A stretch of 64,000 nt of DNA. It comes from a virus. Its lineage: Duplodnaviria; Heunggongvirae; Uroviricota; Caudoviricetes. The stretch spans positions 73,618-137,617 of IMG/VR virus record IMGVR_UViG_3300017747_005082; one strand, given 5' to 3'. Shown in pieces: positions 28,874 through 37,433 of this stretch (positions are counted from its first letter, which is position 1; each line of letters starts with the position of its first letter). The translations under genes were made by a program, and so were the position numbers. The notes beneath the pieces are model-generated. The model made no database searches and had not been told where the DNA came from. It was given only the letters and a program-made list of their open reading frames with translations.

Positions 28874-29469
28874 TATTGTTTTATATTTGGTCTAAAACTT
28901 GTTATTTTGTCAAATCCTTTATTTTCCAATTTTTGTATATCAGATAAACTATCATTTCTTCCTTGTTCACTATCAACTTGTTCAGCTAACCAAGTAATTA
29001 ACCATTGATAAATTTCTTCTGCAGGAATAAATGAAGCCAAATTTAGTTTAGATAAATTAGGATATTTACTTAAATTTAATTTACTTCCCTCTAATTGCTC
29101 TCCATAATGATTAACCAATAATATTGGACAATTATATAATTTATTATAGTAATTATTTGGAATAGGAGCCATTTCAACTAAACTAAATAATCTTCCTCCT
29201 TTTTCATCTATTCTTACTTTATTTTTATTTGCTTTATAATTCCAACTAGTTGAAGGTACTTTATAACCAATTTCTAATAATTTACGTCCATAATAAAATA
29301 CTCCATTTAATTCATAACCTTCAACTTGATAACCAGCTATAAATAAAATAATATGTTTATAAACATATTCTCCTCCATTATCTCTTCTATCTAAAATTAA
29401 TTTAGGATCTTCTCCATAAATACCTCGTAGATAATCATAATAATCTTTATATTTGGATAATATTTTCAT
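28873..29469 (-). CDS. hypothetical protein (198 aa)
   Basis: ORF track. Confidence 0.5.
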   Translation of the reverse strand: MKILSKYKDYYDYLRGIYGEDPKLILDRRDNGGEYVYKHIILFIAGYQVEGYELNGVFYYGRKLLEIGYKVPSTSWNYKANKNKVRIDEKGGRLFSLVEMAPIPNNYYNKLYNCPILLVNHYGEQLEGSKLNLSKYPNLSKLNLASFIPAEEIYQWLITWLAEQVDSEQGRNDSLSDIQKLENKGFDKITSFRPNIKQ

Positions 29470-29480
29470 AACCTTTTATT

Positions 29481-29729
29481 TTAATATATTTGATATATAT
29501 CTATATTAAATTTTGAAATATTAGAAGTATTTATTAAAGTAGTTAAATCCCATCCATAATCTCCTGCTTTCATTGCTATATAATCTTCATCATTATATAG
29601 ATCTTCTATTATACATTCAAATGGAAAAATACATTCATCTAAAGGATTATTTTGACATAATCTAGAAGCCCAATGGGTAGGTTTTATTCCAATAAGGATT
29701 TTATCTCCAATTTTAAATTGATGTTTCAT
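29481..29729 (-). CDS. YEIY-related small protein (...IYQIY); N-terminus MKHQFKIGDKILI like 35126..35377
   Basis: Variant tail; shared N-terminal block; promoter motif 29750-29763. Confidence 0.5.
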   Translation of the reverse strand: MKHQFKIGDKILIGIKPTHWASRLCQNNPLDECIFPFECIIEDLYNDEDYIAMKAGDYGWDLTTLINTSNISKFNIDIYQIY

Positions 29730-29749
29730 AACTTTATAATTATTTATTT

Positions 29750-29763
29750 AGTAAATATACGAA
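29750..29763 (-). promoter_or_regulatory. conserved promoter-like motif (variant agtaaatatacgaa)
   Basis: Upstream of 29481..29729. Confidence 0.45.
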
Positions 29764-30390
29764 AAAATATTTATTCATCAAAGCTTTTTATATAATCTTG
29801 CAATTCTTGTCTTTCTTTATCTAGCTGTTGTTGTACTTTTTTAGGTATTTTAGGTAAATCTGTTGTTTTACCTTTAAGAAAAGTTTTATCAATATTCCAA
29901 TCTTTACAATCAAGTATATCTTTATCTAAAATACCTCTAAATACCATAAAATCTTCAATAATATTACCTTCTTCCTCTTCCTCGAATATAAATTGGGGAG
30001 AGTGAAAAAACTGTATTATTTCTTCTTTAGAAGCCATTACTCCTGGAGTATTAGCTAATAATTTAGCAATTTCTAATTTAGTCATGTAAAAGGGCATTCT
30101 TTTGAAACTTCATCTATAGAATTATATCCTAACATATAATGAAATTGTGATTTATAAATTTTATATGATTTCCTATATTTAGTAATAGTTTTTGAACCAG
30201 TATACTCTTGTCCATATACTCTTAGAAAAACATAATAATAATGAATATATTTATAATCAGGTAATTTTAAATTCCATATAAAATATAATAGTGTTAAAAA
30301 TATATAATATGGTAAAATTATTATAAAAATTATAGTTGTGTAAAGTAATTTTAAAAATGGTATAATAATATATTTCATTTTATTTTTATT

Positions 30391-30401
30391 TAATATACGA
30401 A
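30391..30401 (-). promoter_or_regulatory. promoter-like motif variant (taatatacgaa)
   Basis: Between terminator 30411-30440 and the 30082..30378 ATG. Confidence 0.35.
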
Positions 30402-30410
30402 AAATATTTA

Positions 30411-30440
30411 GATAAAAAAAGACCTCAATTGAGGTCCTTT
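30411..30440 (-). terminator. rho-independent terminator after the thioredoxin gene
   Basis: Minus strand AAAAGGACCTC-AATT-GAGGTCTTTTTTT: 6-7 bp GC stem, 4-nt loop, U7 tail. Confidence 0.7.
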
Positions 30441-30442
30441 TA

Positions 30443-30700
30443 TTACATACTTGTTATTGCTTCTCGGAGTTGAGACTCTGATACTAATCCCACAGTTCGA
30501 TTAACTTCTTTATCATCTACCAAATATACTATTGTAGGTACTCCTTTTACTTGAAAACTTCTAGCTATTTCTGGTGTTTCATGACAATCAATAGATTCAA
30601 ATTGAGTATCTTCAATTTCTTCAGAAATTTTTTCATAAATAGGTGCTAAACTTCGACATGGACCACAACTCTTTGTGGAGAATTTAATTACTTTTTTCAT
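30443..30700 (-). CDS. thioredoxin (85 aa)
   Basis: C-G-P-C active site in a thioredoxin-sized protein; strong intrinsic terminator 30411-30440 after the stop. Confidence 0.8.
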   Translation of the reverse strand: MKKVIKFSTKSCGPCRSLAPIYEKISEEIEDTQFESIDCHETPEIARSFQVKGVPTIVYLVDDKEVNRTVGLVSESQLREAITSM

Positions 30701-31542
30701 TTTTTATTATTTGATTTATCTTCCCAATGTATTATAGGACATTGTTTCTTATAAATATTATAAACCATATCAACACAAACACAAAATATTTCTCCTAATA
30801 TAATAAAGAAATTCTTTATATATAACCATAATTTAGTTTTACATAATTTACAAGTGTAACCTGGTAAACAACTAAGATATGAGAAAAATGGTTTGATTAT
30901 ATATTTACAAAGTAAAATTACTAATATACCTATAAGTGAAATAATTCCCAAATTAATAATAACACGAAGAACTCGTTCCCAATCAGTATTTAAATAAGTA
31001 AAATTACATAATTGATATATAACATAAGCAAATGTTAATATTAATGCTACAGCTACAATAATAGCAATAAACTTAACTATAATATTTTCTTTAATATTAG
31101 TTAAAGTTTGTTTTCTAATTGTTTTCTTCTTTGCCTCCTCTTCTAATAAAGTTTTACCATAAATCCTGGCTCTAAGATTAATATTTTCTTTATTTTCTTC
31201 TTTTAGATAATATGCCCATTCATACCAACATGAAGTATATCTAATAGAAAAACATTCTTTATCAGTCAATATTGAAGGATTATTATATTTTATAAGAAAT
31301 AATTTATATCTTTTGTTATATTTATTATTTTTATATTCATGAAGATAATTCATAAATTTTGTTCCACTTTTACCAAATAATTTTATAACTAAAATTAAAG
31401 GTAAAAATAAAATAGTTAAAACATATGACCAAAAATAAGGACACATACTTTTAAAACGATAAACAGGATTTATTCCATAAATCCAAAGAAAGAACTTGAC
31501 ATGCCAAGCATCTTTATTAAAATTGTATAAATTTTTAAACAT
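30697..31542 (-). CDS. integral membrane protein (281 aa)
   Basis: Several long hydrophobic segments. Confidence 0.5.
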   Translation of the reverse strand: MFKNLYNFNKDAWHVKFFLWIYGINPVYRFKSMCPYFWSYVLTILFLPLILVIKLFGKSGTKFMNYLHEYKNNKYNKRYKLFLIKYNNPSILTDKECFSIRYTSCWYEWAYYLKEENKENINLRARIYGKTLLEEEAKKKTIRKQTLTNIKENIIVKFIAIIVAVALILTFAYVIYQLCNFTYLNTDWERVLRVIINLGIISLIGILVILLCKYIIKPFFSYLSCLPGYTCKLCKTKLWLYIKNFFIILGEIFCVCVDMVYNIYKKQCPIIHWEDKSNNKK

Positions 31543-31564
31543 ATTTTATTTAATTTAAATAGAA

Positions 31565-31584
31565 TGAACGCCTTTCGGCGTTCA
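31565..31584 (-). terminator. terminator-like hairpin after 31598..32392
   Basis: TGAACGCC-TTTC-GGCGTTCA stem-loop; weak U-tract. Confidence 0.4.
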
Positions 31585-31597
31585 TATCTTTAGTTAA

Positions 31598-32392
31598 TTA
31601 TTGACCTAAAATGATTGGTGTTTTACCATCAGTTATAATGACTTTATTGTTAGTATTTCTAATAGCCTCAATCCATTGTTGTTGAAGAATTTTATTATCT
31701 AAACCATCAGCTTTTATTCTATTAGTTGCAGCATCAATAACAGCTTTTTCTTTTAAATTTCTAGCCGTCTCTAATTGATTTTTAACTTTATTGGCTTCTT
31801 GGATAGCAACGTTTCTATCTTCAATAGCTTTTGTCATAGATGGAGGAGGGTTAAGACCTGATGTTAATGTTTCAAGATTAAAATACTTAGATGTAAATTC
31901 TGTTTTTAATCTTTCATTTACCTTAGTTTCATAAGATTCAACATTATTCATTAAAGAGTCTGCAGTAGCGTATCTTCTAGCTTCTTCTCGATAAGCATCT
32001 GTTACTCTTTTATTTAATACATTTAACTCTACTAAATCATAAAAAGTATCAGGAGATTGAACATCATAATTTTTATATTCTAATACAATATTAGGGCCTT
32101 TACCTCTTAATGCTCTATAAGTATAAGTAGGATCTACTGTAAATTTAGAACCATCTTTAGTAAGAACCTCTACCTTATTAGCATCTCCAGTTTGTTCCCA
32201 CATAGGAACTTGATACAACTCACTTCCAGGACCTAATGGACCTTGAGCTCCTGTTACAACAGCAAATGATTTAATACCATCCCTACCATAATCAGTCATT
32301 AATACTCCTTCGTAATTTGATTCAGGTCTGTTACAAGACACCATAAATAAGGCCATTCCAGCCAATAACATAACTTTTCTTAATTGTTTCAT
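31598..32392 (-). CDS. putative lipoprotein (264 aa), locally G+C-richer; possibly SPFH/band-7-like
   Basis: MKQLRKVMLLAGMALFMVSC lipobox; Ala/Arg/Glu-rich helical C-terminal half; hairpin 31565-31584 downstream. Confidence 0.35.
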   Translation of the reverse strand: MKQLRKVMLLAGMALFMVSCNRPESNYEGVLMTDYGRDGIKSFAVVTGAQGPLGPGSELYQVPMWEQTGDANKVEVLTKDGSKFTVDPTYTYRALRGKGPNIVLEYKNYDVQSPDTFYDLVELNVLNKRVTDAYREEARRYATADSLMNNVESYETKVNERLKTEFTSKYFNLETLTSGLNPPPSMTKAIEDRNVAIQEANKVKNQLETARNLKEKAVIDAATNRIKADGLDNKILQQQWIEAIRNTNNKVIITDGKTPIILGQ

Positions 32393-32424
32393 AATCTTTG
32401 TTTAAAATTTATTAATTATTTTTA

Positions 32425-32781
32425 TTAATCACATGAACATGATGAATCACTTGAAGAACAATCACTTGAAGAATCGCTCCCATAATCACTTGGTATATCG
32501 AAAGAAGCTCCAGCTCCTCCTCCACTAAAACCGCCACCTCCAAAATCCATACTTGAATGAGTATTATTTTCAGAGTTTGTAAAAATTTCAGATTGTAGTG
32601 AAGACATAATTAGTGGATTTAAAATACTATCTTCAATATTTACAGACTCATAATTTTTCCTAGGAGAAATTGGAGAATATACTTTTAGTCTAATAGTATT
32701 TGAATTTGAATTGATATTTTTAAAGTTATTTAACTCCTCCACTTTCTTTTTCTTCGGAAAGAAAAATCTAAAAATATTCAT
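32425..32781 (-). CDS. low-complexity Gly/Ser/Cys-rich protein (118 aa)
   Basis: C-terminus GGGGFSGGGAGASFDIPSDYGSDSSSDCSSSDSSCSCD. Confidence 0.4.
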   Translation of the reverse strand: MNIFRFFFPKKKKVEELNNFKNINSNSNTIRLKVYSPISPRKNYESVNIEDSILNPLIMSSLQSEIFTNSENNTHSSMDFGGGGFSGGGAGASFDIPSDYGSDSSSDCSSSDSSCSCD

Positions 32782-33844
32782 TATTTGAAATATTTTTTAT
32801 AAGGAAAACAAATTAAACCAATAACACTTAATGTAGAAGTAATAAACCAAAGAGTAGGATATGGACTTCTAAATACCATCATATTTAAAATAACCAATAT
32901 AACTATCATTATTATAAAAATAATAATCCTTACAGCTAATTTTTTCATACTATTATAGTACTTTTAAGAATTTAGTTTCTTTAACATTTACTACAGTAAA
33001 ATCCAAATTATCACCTTCATCAGTGAACATTTTATTTACTTTAGTTTCAGCATCTAAACAAGAAATAGCATCTACTAAATATTTCTCTTTAGTAACTTGA
33101 ATTTTACCTTTGTCATTTTCTATTTTAGTGTTGACATTCACTTCATAAAATTTATTCATATTATATTTGATTTTTTAATTATTTTAAATATATGAAAAAA
33201 TATTTAAGATTCCAAATCTAAAATTTGTTTTTCTAAATCTCTAGCAGAAACTGCCAATTCATAATATTGGAAAGTACATGCCCAATCTTTTATTTCTTTA
33301 AGCATATCTAACCAATTATCAATATAAACTGACATATATTTCTTTTCTTTAGTTTGGAATGTTACTTCAAATATATCAATTGTAGCTAATTTTTTATTTT
33401 TATCTAGGTGTTTTTGTAATTCAACTAGAGTATATTCATATAATTCTTTTTTATTTGAGTTATAGTAATCTACTAGTTCATCTTCATCAAATACTTTAAT
33501 TTTTCGCATTCTTTCTTGTTTTAATTTGTGGACGATCTTCAGGGAAATGATTATAATGTTCTTCTTCTAATTGATATTGAAGGGATTCCATTAATTCTTT
33601 ATCGGCTTTAGTAATTCTAGGTTTTCTTTCTTGATTTTTGGGATTATATTTATTTTCTAATTCTTGAAGTTGTTTTATTAATCTATCAGATTTATTATAA
33701 ACGGGATCATGAATTTCCACAAATAAAGGAGATCCTTTGGAAATATTCTTATCCCAAACCCATTTATATGTTATTCCATTATGGTCTTGAAAATTTTGTG
33801 TATATGATAAAATTGGTGTAATATTATCACTAGGTCTTCCTTGT

Positions 33845-34168
33845 TTAGTAGATTTCATAAGACAAATTTTTAATTCTTGAAAATGGAATAAATCTTCCTA
33901 ATTCAATACATTCTAGTAACCATTGTTTTTCTTCCCAAGAAGCTATTTCAAATCTTCTGTCTTTAGAAGCATAACACCAACTTCTATTATGATAAAATAT
34001 TCTTTCTGAGGATATAAAAGTCGCGTTTCCTCTTTGATTAAACTTATCATTATCTCCATTATTAGGGATAAGAACTTTTCCAATCATCCAAAAATTTTCA
34101 CCTTCACTTGGATCAGTTATTTTATAAATTTCACCTTCAACTAATTTATGTAATTTCATATATTCCAT
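33845..34168 (-). CDS. YEIY-family small protein (...LSYEIY)
   Basis: C-terminal tail; SWEEKQWLLECIE motif. Confidence 0.55.
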   Translation of the reverse strand: MEYMKLHKLVEGEIYKITDPSEGENFWMIGKVLIPNNGDNDKFNQRGNATFISSERIFYHNRSWCYASKDRRFEIASWEEKQWLLECIELGRFIPFSRIKNLSYEIY

Positions 34169-34892
34169 TGTTTAGAGAATTCCTGTTTATATTTTCCACA
34201 AGGACATATCCATCCTTCCAAAGTAGCTGTTAATATTCCTTCATTATCTTTATTATATTCTATAATTTCTCCATTTTGTCTTTTATTATAAGATAATTGT
34301 CTTTTACATTCCTTAATATCAGATGGAGAACAACAAGTATAAGGATGATATGATCCCCTTTCTTGTTGCTTATTCATAAAATCTATTGTTTCTTGTGTAG
34401 TTATTTTTTTCATTTTAAAATATACTCTTCATTCCATGTAGACTTTTTTGTTTTACTATCTATCCAACCCCAAGTTTCTCTTGCCTTATTTAAATCTTTA
34501 TCAGAATAATATAAGTACCATAATATCATTTCCCAATAAGTATCATCTCTTTTCAAATCAGGACTTCTGTAAAAGATACAAAATTGCCATTTAAAAAAGA
34601 AAATTATAAAAGAAGGATTCCATTCATGTCTTGGGCTATTATATTTATCTTTCCAACCTAATCTCCCTTGATGAATAAATATAGGAGTTCCATAAGATAT
34701 ATTAAAACCTAAAAAATTAAAACTATTATTTCTATTATATTTTATTTTTTCTTTTTTTATTTGTAATATAGTAGGATTAAATTTTCTAGGATACATATAA
34801 GGTGTACCATATTGTAATTCTCCAAAATAGTATTGTTTTTTTGGAGATTTAAATATATTTTTAATATATTTTATTTCAGATTTCTTCATAAC

Positions 34893-35123
34893 TTAATAAA
34901 TTTCTTCCTCTTTTTCTTTACCACAATTCCTGCATTTATAATAATTAATATTCCAAGAACCTCTTATTCCAAATCCTAAATCTCCAGTCCTACCTTTACT
35001 ATTATAATTAAAATACCAATCATGTGTTTTATTTTTAATACATGGTTCTTCTTTTAAACTTATAAATATCCCAATTATGGATATTATAAATAAAATTAGA
35101 GGTCCTATTATTAATATTTCCAT
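34893..35123 (-). CDS. small membrane-anchored protein with a partial tail (...EEEIY)
   Basis: N-terminal TM segment; EIY terminus. Confidence 0.4.
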   Translation of the reverse strand: MEILIIGPLILFIISIIGIFISLKEEPCIKNKTHDWYFNYNSKGRTGDLGFGIRGSWNINYYKCRNCGKEKEEEIY

Positions 35124-35125
35124 AA

Positions 35126-35377
35126 TTAATAAATTTCATACATCATTAAATTATTTTCATAAAGTTCTATATCGTTTATGCTAAAAGAACTTGCTCTTTC
35201 ATCTAAACGAGTTCCTAATACCACTTCATCATGTCTGGTAATATCTGAAATAAAACAAAAATCTTGGTCTTCAGGTAAATATCGTATTAGGGCACAAGCT
35301 GTTAGAGAAATTTCAGTGTCTTTTGTTTTTTGAGTTGGAATTTTTACTTTGTCCCCAATTTTAAATTGATGTTCCAT
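35126..35377 (-). CDS. YEIY-family small protein (...MMYEIY)
   Basis: C-terminal tail; MEHQFKIGDKVKI N-terminus. Confidence 0.55.
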   Translation of the reverse strand: MEHQFKIGDKVKIPTQKTKDTEISLTACALIRYLPEDQDFCFISDITRHDEVVLGTRLDERASSFSINDIELYENNLMMYEIY

Positions 35378-35379
35378 AT

Positions 35380-35595
35380 TTAATATATTTCGTATATTTC
35401 GTAATTATTTTCTTGAACTAATTCATCAAAAGGAATCCATACAGTAGTATCTCCCATTAATATAAAAGAATTATTTTTAATATCTCTTATTTCTCTATTT
35501 ATTAGAACTGTTTTTCTAAACTTCCCACGACTAGAATTAACCATTTCATTTTTACAATCTTCATCTTTAATAATATATCCAATTTTATATTTCAT
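35380..35595 (-). CDS. YEIY-family small protein with a duplicated tail (...NNYEIYEIY)
   Basis: Tandem duplication of the TACGAAATA unit at the 3' end. Confidence 0.55.
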   Translation of the reverse strand: MKYKIGYIIKDEDCKNEMVNSSRGKFRKTVLINREIRDIKNNSFILMGDTTVWIPFDELVQENNYEIYEIY

Positions 35596-35616
35596 AATTC
35601 GTAATTTTACTTCCTA

Positions 35617-35647
35617 GTAAACATACGAAAGGCCTCTTAAGAGGCCT
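35617..35647 (-). promoter_or_regulatory. terminator-promoter cassette (agtaaacatacgaa + AGGCCTCTTAAGAGGCCT)
   Basis: Near-identical to 24444-24475 and 61313-61344; upstream of 35380..35595. Confidence 0.55.
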
Positions 35648-35668
35648 AATAATTTTTATAATTTATTT

Positions 35669-36070
35669 TTAATCAAACGTATTTGGGAATAGCTTTATTA
35701 TTACATCATAGAGCTCTTCAGGACTTTCAATAAAAATTTCTTCTAAATTTGGTCCTATCATAAAATTAGGATTTCCATCTTCACTAAACCTCTCATAGAA
35801 ATAAAATGAAATTAATCTTGAAACATCCTCACCCCAAGATAATAATATCATGTTATCAATTATATGATATAAAGGATCATTAAATTTAGATATATCTATT
35901 TGAAAATTAGTCTCTAATAATAAAGATTTATTTAATTCTTCATCATATTTTTTAATTATATCTAAAAATAAATTTCTTTTTTGGTTTTTTTGAGTAAGTC
36001 TTTTTCTTCTAATGATAGTATCCACTCCTAACATTTTATTAAATCCTTCTTGTAAATATTCTTTATTCAT
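35669..36070 (-). CDS. hypothetical protein; start probably the internal Met (MNKEYLQEG...)
   Basis: The longer track ORF overlaps the GIY-YIG gene; the internal Met removes most of the overlap. Confidence 0.4.
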   Translation of the reverse strand: MNKEYLQEGFNKMLGVDTIIRRKRLTQKNQKRNLFLDIIKKYDEELNKSLLLETNFQIDISKFNDPLYHIIDNMILLSWGEDVSRLISFYFYERFSEDGNPNFMIGPNLEEIFIESPEELYDVIIKLFPNTFD

Positions 36071-36752
36071 TTTTGTATTTCCATTTAAATTTACCACATT
36101 TATTAGTTTTTCCAGAACAACAGCTAGATATCCCACCTCCATTTAAATTTAATTTATTAGATGCTTCTTTTATACTATTCCATTCTTTTATAAATTTATT
36201 ACTAATATCATATTGTAGAACAGGTTTAATGGATTTATGGAAGGGAAAAGTATAATTTATAGGTAAAGGATTATTTTTATATCTCCAAATAAATCCATTA
36301 GATTTTTTAATTTTTCCAACCAAACAATTGCTTATAGAATTTTTATTAATTTTTAGAATTTTAGATGATTCAACAATACTATTCCATTCTTTAATAAAAT
36401 TTCCATTTAAATCATATTGTAATATTGATTTAGATATTTTATTAACTATTTTTTGTTTGGATATTTCATTATGGGTTATAACTCCACCACCTCCATTATT
36501 TTTATTTTGGATATCAAATCCCCATTGTCGAAATTGTTCTATCCAAAAAGTTTCTAAAGGTTCCCAATATAATTTAGATAATGAATTAATTTCATCAATA
36601 TAACCAAAATAAATATTTTTCCCAAATCTTTTTCTATGATTATATAATCTTTTTGTGGTTTTAGGATATTTTTCTTTTCCTATATATATTTTATTAGGAT
36701 CTTCATAGCAATTAGTAACAAGATATATTCTAGTTTTTTCATTACTATTCAT
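36063..36752 (-). CDS. GIY-YIG homing endonuclease, free-standing (229 aa)
   Basis: N-terminal RIYLVTN...KIYIGKEK...R..NHRKR (GIY...YIG...R...H); two C-terminal ~45-aa repeats (QYD.NG.FIKEWNSI.E(S/A)SK.L.(I/L)N...IS.C..GK.....F.W.YK) like the DNA-binding modules of Seg/I-TevI-type enzymes. Confidence 0.65.
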   Translation of the reverse strand: MNSNEKTRIYLVTNCYEDPNKIYIGKEKYPKTTKRLYNHRKRFGKNIYFGYIDEINSLSKLYWEPLETFWIEQFRQWGFDIQNKNNGGGGVITHNEISKQKIVNKISKSILQYDLNGNFIKEWNSIVESSKILKINKNSISNCLVGKIKKSNGFIWRYKNNPLPINYTFPFHKSIKPVLQYDISNKFIKEWNSIKEASNKLNLNGGGISSCCSGKTNKCGKFKWKYKNE

Positions 36753-37049
36753 TTATTCTTTAATTTTAGTGGCTAAATCTCTTAATAATACACAATTATC
36801 AAAATTTTCTTTTGAAAGATAATATTTTTCTAATGTATTAATTACCTGCTTATATTCAGATTTGGGAACTATTATTTGAAATTCATCAACAATACAAACA
36901 ACACATTCTTTTCTATTTTTTTCAACTGCTTCTTTTATTATAGGAACTATTCTATTAAAAACCCCTTCTTGAACTTGGGACTGATTTAATCCCACCAAAA
37001 TAGTATCTAAAGAATTATCCCTAAATGTTACCCTAGGTATTTTGTTCAT
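36753..37049 (-). CDS. hypothetical protein (98 aa)
   Basis: ORF track. Confidence 0.45.
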   Translation of the reverse strand: MNKIPRVTFRDNSLDTILVGLNQSQVQEGVFNRIVPIIKEAVEKNRKECVVCIVDEFQIIVPKSEYKQVINTLEKYYLSKENFDNCVLLRDLATKIKE

Positions 37050-37052
37050 AAA

Positions 37053-37424
37053 TTATTGTTTTAATACTAAATCTCTTATCATTGTAAAGACTGAATCTAA
37101 TGGAATCCAAAAATTCGCTGCAGATTTATCTGGAGCATCTACATCTCTATCTATTTCTAATTTAAATTTAGAAAATTTTGGGCCTAATGCTGTTGCTAAA
37201 GAATTTTGTAACGTATCTACTTCCTCTGGTGATAAGTTTTGAATCATATCTCCTTCGGGATTGGAAGGGAAAAATTTAATTTTAATTCCTTTTTTAGATG
37301 GATTTTTACCAACATCAACAGTTACTTTAAAATTTTCACCTCCTAAATTAGCAGTATAATTTAATTCACCATCTTCTTTTAATAAATCTTCACTAAGGAT
37401 ACTTTTTAAGGATATTTTTTTCAT
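37053..37424 (-). CDS. hypothetical protein (123 aa)
   Basis: ORF track. Confidence 0.45.
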   Translation of the reverse strand: MKKISLKSILSEDLLKEDGELNYTANLGGENFKVTVDVGKNPSKKGIKIKFFPSNPEGDMIQNLSPEEVDTLQNSLATALGPKFSKFKLEIDRDVDAPDKSAANFWIPLDSVFTMIRDLVLKQ

Positions 37425-37433
37425 TATTTATTT

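Noticed and set aside
30411-30440. Treating every GC hairpin as a terminator
   Set aside because: Only hairpins placed directly after a stop codon with a downstream T-run (30411-30440, 17350-17372, 18036-18074) are called terminators with confidence. The AGGCCTCTTAAGAGGCCT hairpins have only a short TTT tail shared with the promoter motif, and are reported as cassettes instead.
18421-35595. CRISPR array or other direct-repeat array explanation for the periodic conserved 15-mers
   Set aside because: The repeated strings (TACGAAATATATTAR and TTCGTATATTTACAA) are separated by variable protein-coding segments of 200-550 nt with clear ORFs. They coincide with stop codons and upstream regions, not with fixed-length repeat-spacer units.
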